A DNA stretch of 64,000 nt from Fimbriosthenelais zetlandica (taxonomy: Eukaryota): contig OZ365115.1 of assembly GCA_977030845.1 (NCBI GenBank), positions 28,830,001 through 28,894,000 of the forward strand, given 5' to 3'. Below the pieces are notes generated by a model. The model searched no databases. It was not told the DNA's origin and saw only the letters and a program-made list of their open reading frames with translations. How positions within the stretch are numbered: position 1 is the first letter of the stretch; the number at the start of each line of letters is the position of its first letter. Of this stretch, positions 57,861 to 64,000 are shown in pieces. The position numbers and the translations under genes were made by a program.

Positions 57861-60849
57861 TCTGAAGAAGAAACACAACTATGGAAGACATTCACTGAAG
57901 AAACATTCCATGAGCAGCTCGTCTGCCAGGCCTCATTTCTCTGGCCGGTCTTGATCGATCAATCGAGGCTTGTGAGGATGAGTGGTAGAGATGAGTAGAG
58001 ACGGTAGTCGGGCTGTACTGGTGCAGACAGTATGATTGAAGACAGCCCACTGTCTCTGATTCATAGAAGATGGGCTCTCCTTATACCGCCCTCTAATATA
58101 TACCCCCTTCATCTCCTCTCACAAGTATGGCATCAACAAAGTGCCTGCTAGAAAGGGGGCTTTTCTTTAAAAAATTCCTCAAATTTTTCTTAGAAATTGC
58201 CTCAAAAAACTGAAGATGTTATACTAATAAAGGTTTTTGTCTGAGATCTGTATAGAAATTGACTGATTATTCCCAAAATTATATTGGAATATTATCAGAA
58301 ATCTTTTGACAAACTGGCTAATTGTTTACCCCACAAGATTAGTTTGTAATGTAAATTGAAATTTATTCGAATTTTTTCGTGACCCGTGAGTGACTGGTGT
58401 GCTGTATGCGTTGGTAAAGTTAGATGTCATTTGGCAAGTTCAAGAATGTCATACATGCATTGGGAATGTTGTTTGCTTTAAGCCTGGAACGCCCGTGGAG
58501 GGCCATTGCTTCATGAAGCATGACTGAATGACTGGAATTGAGAGGAGTTTTAAGCATAGCCATTCTGACATTGACTGATAGCATGATCCGTCCATACATC
58601 AAGCCATGAAATGCCACTACCACATTATACTGGCCTACCCCACCCACCACCCACCGGTACCAGTACTCACTTAGTGTGTGGCCCCCATCCTCAGTTTGAA
58701 AACCTATAATATAATTCAAGGAATTGACACACAAGTGTACCTTCACAAACATGTAGAGAACTGCAGGTGGGGAGATGTTCTACATGCTTTCAAGTAGTTT
58801 TTCTTCCGATTGTTGGCTTGTGAATAGCGTTTTTTAAAGTGAACACTTTCAATAGTATTTTTTCACACTTAAGTGTATTGGATGAATGGGGGTGCATCTT
58901 CCACCCAATTATCTCACAAGTTTAAAAATTGCCATAATAAAATGTAAGCACCTCTGGTTCCTATTGGAAGAGATGAGAGACAAATAGCTCTATACTAGAC
59001 TAAGCGACCTTTACTTCAGTCTGAGAGGTTTTTTACTCGTAAAAAGGTCCATGTAGGCGGTGTAAAGCACTTCAGACCTGCACTCTGCCTGCATAATAGA
59101 TGCTGGCCCAGGACCTCAAAGCCCTGCCCTTTTACCTCTGGCATGTTTTCATTAAAAGTTCTTCGATTTAAAAGAAGATTTTTGATTGAAAACTAAAAAG
59201 AACGGTTGGAAAAATCAAAAGATATTTACAAAAATCCTGTACTTTGAGTACGAACGTTTTATTCGAAAATGTGAAATATGTTGGGAATCTTATAAGATAT
59301 TGAATCATTGAAAGGATCAACCTTATGCAAAAGCATGAACCTGTTCCCCTATCCACCCATGGAAATTGAATACTGAAAGTGTAATTTGTACAAGTACTTA
59401 TAGGCTCTAGTGAAACTCGTGAGCCCAGAACCATGATCCTTAACCCTAAACTATGTCCCTCCAACTCAAACTGGCACTAGTGGTTATAGTGACTCAAGTT
59501 TAGAATGTAGGTGTACCATTATCCCAGCTGTGGCCATCAGTTATGTAAAATAATCTTATTTTTGTACACTACTTATTTTTACTCAAAGGAGGTCAAACAA
59601 AATTGTTATAATATTTTATCGGAAATTATCCTCACGAGAATTAGAAATATATCTGAAAATTGGTAAATCACTGAACAGAAAGATCAGAATATAATATTTT
59701 TCAGTATCAACGAACTTGATACCACCACAGGCTTACTCCAGGTGTGAAGCTTTTTCCACCACAGGTCTTCTCCAGGTGTTAAGCTCTTATCGGTCGACTG
59801 ACCCTTTATGTTCTACACTTTGAATTCTTTATAGACCCAGTGATTGCCACAGCTATTTGCCACAGGTCTGTGAATTGCCTCAAGCCTATATCTTAACAAT
59901 CTAACCACAGGTCTGTGAACTTCCACTTTCATTGATTATGCTATGGCTATTTCCTGTATGAGTACCTTACTCTCTAGATTAAAATGCTCTATATACCGTA
60001 TATTATTCTGCAATTACTATTTTCTTGAGTTTCCTGGTTTCAATGCTACTGACCAATTACAAATTATATCCAATTAATTGGTAGGAATTCTGTCTCAGGG
60101 GATACTAAGAATATGTGTGAACACTTATGATGAACTGGACACAGAAAAGTATCTTTAAATTTGAGTTTATTTTGTAAAAATATACCTTTAAAATATCACT
60201 TAAATACCATTCAATACAATAAGAAAAGTACTACTCCCAATGTTTTGGAATTCAGTTATTTTCCATTGCCTGCCAGGAAAAGGTTCCAAGAGAAATGGTA
60301 ATAATACCACCAGTATTATCTGGGACAAATGCCTAGTTGGAATGCTATCCCAATTAGAGCGATTGGGACCGTTTTGGAATAGAACGAGACTTAATTAGCT
60401 TAATTTCTAATCATTAAGCACATGAATAGTCCGGACTGATTAGGCCCCCATCCCCGTCCAAGATATACACTATAATATGGTGAGGCACATTTTGAGTGAT
60501 GCCAGTCACAGGGAATGACGTTTTAAAATGTATCAGCATCACAATGGATTAAATTCATCCACTTTAAATTCTAGTGATCATCTGGATTTGTTTTCCCTTG
60601 GATTTTTATTATTATTCTTCGTGAATTTAAATTAGGATGCAAACATTTGGGAGAGAATTCTTTTAAGAAAGTGAACACGTATACATGTGGGGAGAATTAA
60701 TTCACTCGATCCATCAAAGAGAAATTACCGAAGCAGAAATTCAGCCGGGGATGCAAAACTTTGCACCAGTCATGGAAAAAGCTGTGAAGAAGTGAGAGGC
60801 ATTGGTTGTGAGGTGGATATATATATATTAAGGTGTACAGGACAGAAGT

Positions 60850-60958
60850 TAATCCTAGGATTACATGGCTAAAGCCTGTGGACACAATATGTCGGTTACC
60901 ATGGAAACCATTCTTCATATGGCTGCTGGCATCTATGATGAATGTGAGTTCATAATCC
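60850..60958. promoter_or_regulatory. Second Otx/Pitx-site plus X-box module
   Basis: Palindrome TAATCCTAGGATTA (60850-60863), X-box GTTACCATGGAAAC (60895-60908) and TAATCC (60953-60958). Confidence 0.5.
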
Positions 60959-63227
60959 AGTAACACCCCCCCCCCCCCTGTTTTTGATGATGAATCTTTA
61001 TCACTCAGGACCCCTCCCCCCTACACTTTCATAGGTTTGACACATACAGTCACAGCCTTTCCAAAATCCTGGAACCACCCCTGTTCTTATTGTATTAAAT
61101 ATTTGATAAATCATATCATTTCCCTAGTAACCATGGCCAAACTTTTGCACTGCACATATATATGTCGCTGCGTCTAATAAGTAAAACCTCAGAATCCCAT
61201 GCTGGTTTTGGTGTGGTATTACCTTTCTGGGAATGTCCACATTGCCCTGACTTGTGGGGAACCTCAAAACCAGTAATCTCTTGTAACCTAGGTCCACAAA
61301 AACCGGCACCTTTAAGATATATCCACTACGACACTAGAAATCTGATATAAACTTCTGAATATGCTTCTCTATGCACTGTTCAATCCTTACTAAGTACATA
61401 CAGATACATACATAGATAGCATACCCTCGGGATTACAATTGTTTACTGATAACCAGTGGGATTTAAGTATGCACTGGAGATTTTGAAAAGGTAACTCAAG
61501 ATTGAATGAAATATGTGCTTAACTTTGTAACTGCAGTAACAATAGAGGCATCTGGAGCTCTCAGTTGGTGTTTATATTCAGCTAGGGTTTCTGGTGCTTT
61601 AACTCTAGCCTGACAGAAGTGCCAGTTAAAGTCTCTTGTTCTTATCTGGCTCTGCCTCACTGACTCCTGGTTTAGGTGTTAGTTTGTTGTGGTCTCATTG
61701 ATAACTAACTGATATCTTATCTTGGCAAACACGTGCGATGAAAAACTACCCTCGTCTACAAGTCTGGCACTGGTTTGGTTTGAAGTGGTTTTTCATCACA
61801 GGAAATTGGGAGAAAAGAAACAAATTGGATGAAATATTGCTATACTCGGCCCCTTTGTATCCTGAGTATTATTGTGCAGTTATTCCAACAAATTTAATTT
61901 ATTTCTTTTAATTCTATACGTCAATTTTATGTCTTTTATCTGTCAATCTTCCCTGTACAACTACAGCATCAATCATTTGACCTAAGCCTCATCATTACAA
62001 TAATATTTTCTGAACCTAACCCCCATTCCAAAGCCCTAACACATCTGATCTTAAATTTCAAAGGATTTAAATTTGTTTAAGGCTGGAAGTTGGAAAGAAT
62101 CAAAGATAAGGGTGAGGAGGAAACTGGAGTTTAATTGATTTAGAACGCCTCTCTGGCTTCCATCACCTGAAATGGCTGGGTACTCAAAACTGGTCCAGTC
62201 CTCAGTTGGGTGGCAGTTTCATTATAAACACGTTTCAAAGCTTGCACATTAACATGAAGTAACCAGGTGTATGGCTTTAGCCAATCTCTGAGATGAATAC
62301 CAGATCTATGACTGTAATGGTGCCTAGTACTGGAATACTAAAATAGGACATATTTCCCGAGAAATCTGTTGATAAACATCAGTGGTAGGTCTATATTTAT
62401 ATTATGGGATAACAAGTGAAAACATCATTTCAATCTTGTCCCTAAAGAGACTTCCTTTCAATTTTTTCGAAGGATTTATGGGGAGTCATACTGGCCAAAT
62501 GGAATGGGTAATAATATTTCATACAACCCATGAATTTTTCAATTCTAAGAGATTTCCTGGGATTTTTACGAGGCACCACTTGTGGTTCCCCCATGCGTAC
62601 ACATTAAATCTTGCTAAAACGCACCACTGGAACGGAACCAAAGATTTAATGCGTTGCATTAAGATAAGTAAGAGGGACAGTAGAATGTATAAATTTCCAT
62701 TTATAATGGGCCACAATTCTAGAGAATAGTCCAATGGTCCCAGAGCCATATAGACAGAAAGGGAAAGTCTATACATGCAGGGGTGAGAGTGAGTACAGTA
62801 TTTGAATGGAAGTGAAGCACCAGCTCTCTCTCGAATCACTGGTGATGGCCGGCATGGACTATACCAGGATTGGCTAGTGGGATAATAGCCTGTATTAAGC
62901 TATTTGTATCATTAGCTGGTTTATATATGGAGATGATTGGACCCGGTGCCGACCATGGTTTGCCCCCTGCCATCACCCTCATGGTGTGATTGTACTAGCT
63001 AGTTGTATTCATTATAGGCAGGATGGAGGCTGTAATACTCATGTGGACATATTAGATCAAATCCTATGTGTTATTTCTCTGATTCAATCCATCCTAAACA
63101 TGCCCTCTGCCTCTTTATCGTATATTTTTTAAATTGGATAAAACCTTCATTGGTTCCACTACATAGTCGCAAATTCAGATTCTCACGATAGTAATTTTAT
63201 CACCCTTACTGAACAGGATATCTGTGC

Positions 63228-63368
63228 CTTTCCTCCCTGTCCCTGTCTCCCTTCCTCTCCCTGTCTCCCTTTCCTCTTCTCTTCTCTGAGGTCTGTCTAT
63301 CTCTCTCTTTTTCTCTCTCCTAACTCTCTCTTTCTTCCCCTCCCTCTCCTTCTCCCTCCCTCTTTATT
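63228..63368. repeat. Polypyrimidine low-complexity tract
   Basis: Almost purely C/T. Confidence 0.85.
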
Positions 63369-64000
63369 TTCCAAGAAAAATCAAATGAAATACTCGGGAC
63401 AAAATTTCCCCAAACATCTCCGACCAAAATAAAATGCATCGAACCAGAATCAAACCCTAAATCAGGTTCGCCAACCCACTAACCCTCCACCACCACCACC
63501 ACCGCACCCCCTATTATACCCTAGTACCCCAGCTTTGTCCTACTCCATTTCTACTTCCCCAAACCACTGTTGATCTCTCTCCATAGGGTTCCTTATTCAC
63601 TGTGTCAAGATCGGTGCTCTCCTCTGATATATTTTATCAGTCGGTTTACCACAATTACTGTGTACAGTGTGATAAAAGACCCATTAATAACTGTGCATCA
63701 ACCTTTATGGGGTGAAAATAGATCCATTATTGTTGATTACATATAATTTACTGGCACCCTCCCAATACCAGGTGTTTGTTCCGTGTTTGTGTTGTCACTG
63801 TTCATATTGGATCTACTATTATGTAAAGTCCCTATAGGGAATGGACGGTGTCATGGATCATTAGGAATTGTGTGGCGGAGAAATTAGATATTTCATGCAA
63901 CGCTGGTTTCATTTAGTCTTATCCTTTAAGGATGGTCCCTTTGGACTGATGAGAAATGGTTCATTTAAAACTGGGGCGGATCCAGCATTTTGCAAAAGGC

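Noticed and set aside
57387-57998. 203-aa Ser/Leu/Pro-rich ORF and overlapping ORFs
   Set aside because: These are translations of the (CT)n polypyrimidine tract; the same applies to the ORFs at 38277-38613.
63973-64000. GGCGGATCCAG... as the start of a dispersed repeat (similar word at ~9486)
   Set aside because: It is truncated by the window edge, so there is too little sequence to support a call.
34301-64000. Remaining 60-120-aa ORFs in the right half
   Set aside because: None shows a recognisable domain, signal-peptide architecture or phase-consistent exon chain; the number and length fit random ORFs.

Overview
AT-rich, intron-containing animal genomic DNA, probably from an invertebrate; the species cannot be fixed from sequence alone. 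I found no prokaryotic features, rRNA, tRNA or CRISPR array. Four protein-coding genes can be assembled by hand from splice sites and reading-frame phase. (1) The 3' end of H6PD (6-phosphogluconolactonase domain, +, <3-818). (2) A 3-exon minus-strand gene (14723-8562) that the ORF track splits across two ORFs. It encodes a 135-aa secreted prepropeptide (signal peptide, two KR sites, one split across an intron, a G-KR amidation signal and a 55-aa four-cysteine C-terminal peptide) that I cannot assign to a named family. (3) An 8-exon TYSND1 (+, 18059-22366) ending in the PTS1 signal SRL. (4) A gustavus/SPSB1-type SPRY-SOCS box gene (+, CDS 27125-28337) with a non-coding first exon and probably a ~5-kb 3'UTR. 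The remaining ~30 kb has no recognisable coding exon but is rich in regulatory motifs: six RFX X-boxes, two Otx/Pitx-site plus X-box modules, CTCF motifs, TATA-plus-donor first-exon candidates and a hairpin with a miR-34-type seed. It also holds decayed CR1-like LINE pieces, a 53-bp minisatellite and simple repeats. All protein and motif identifications come from my recall of family sequences, with no database search.
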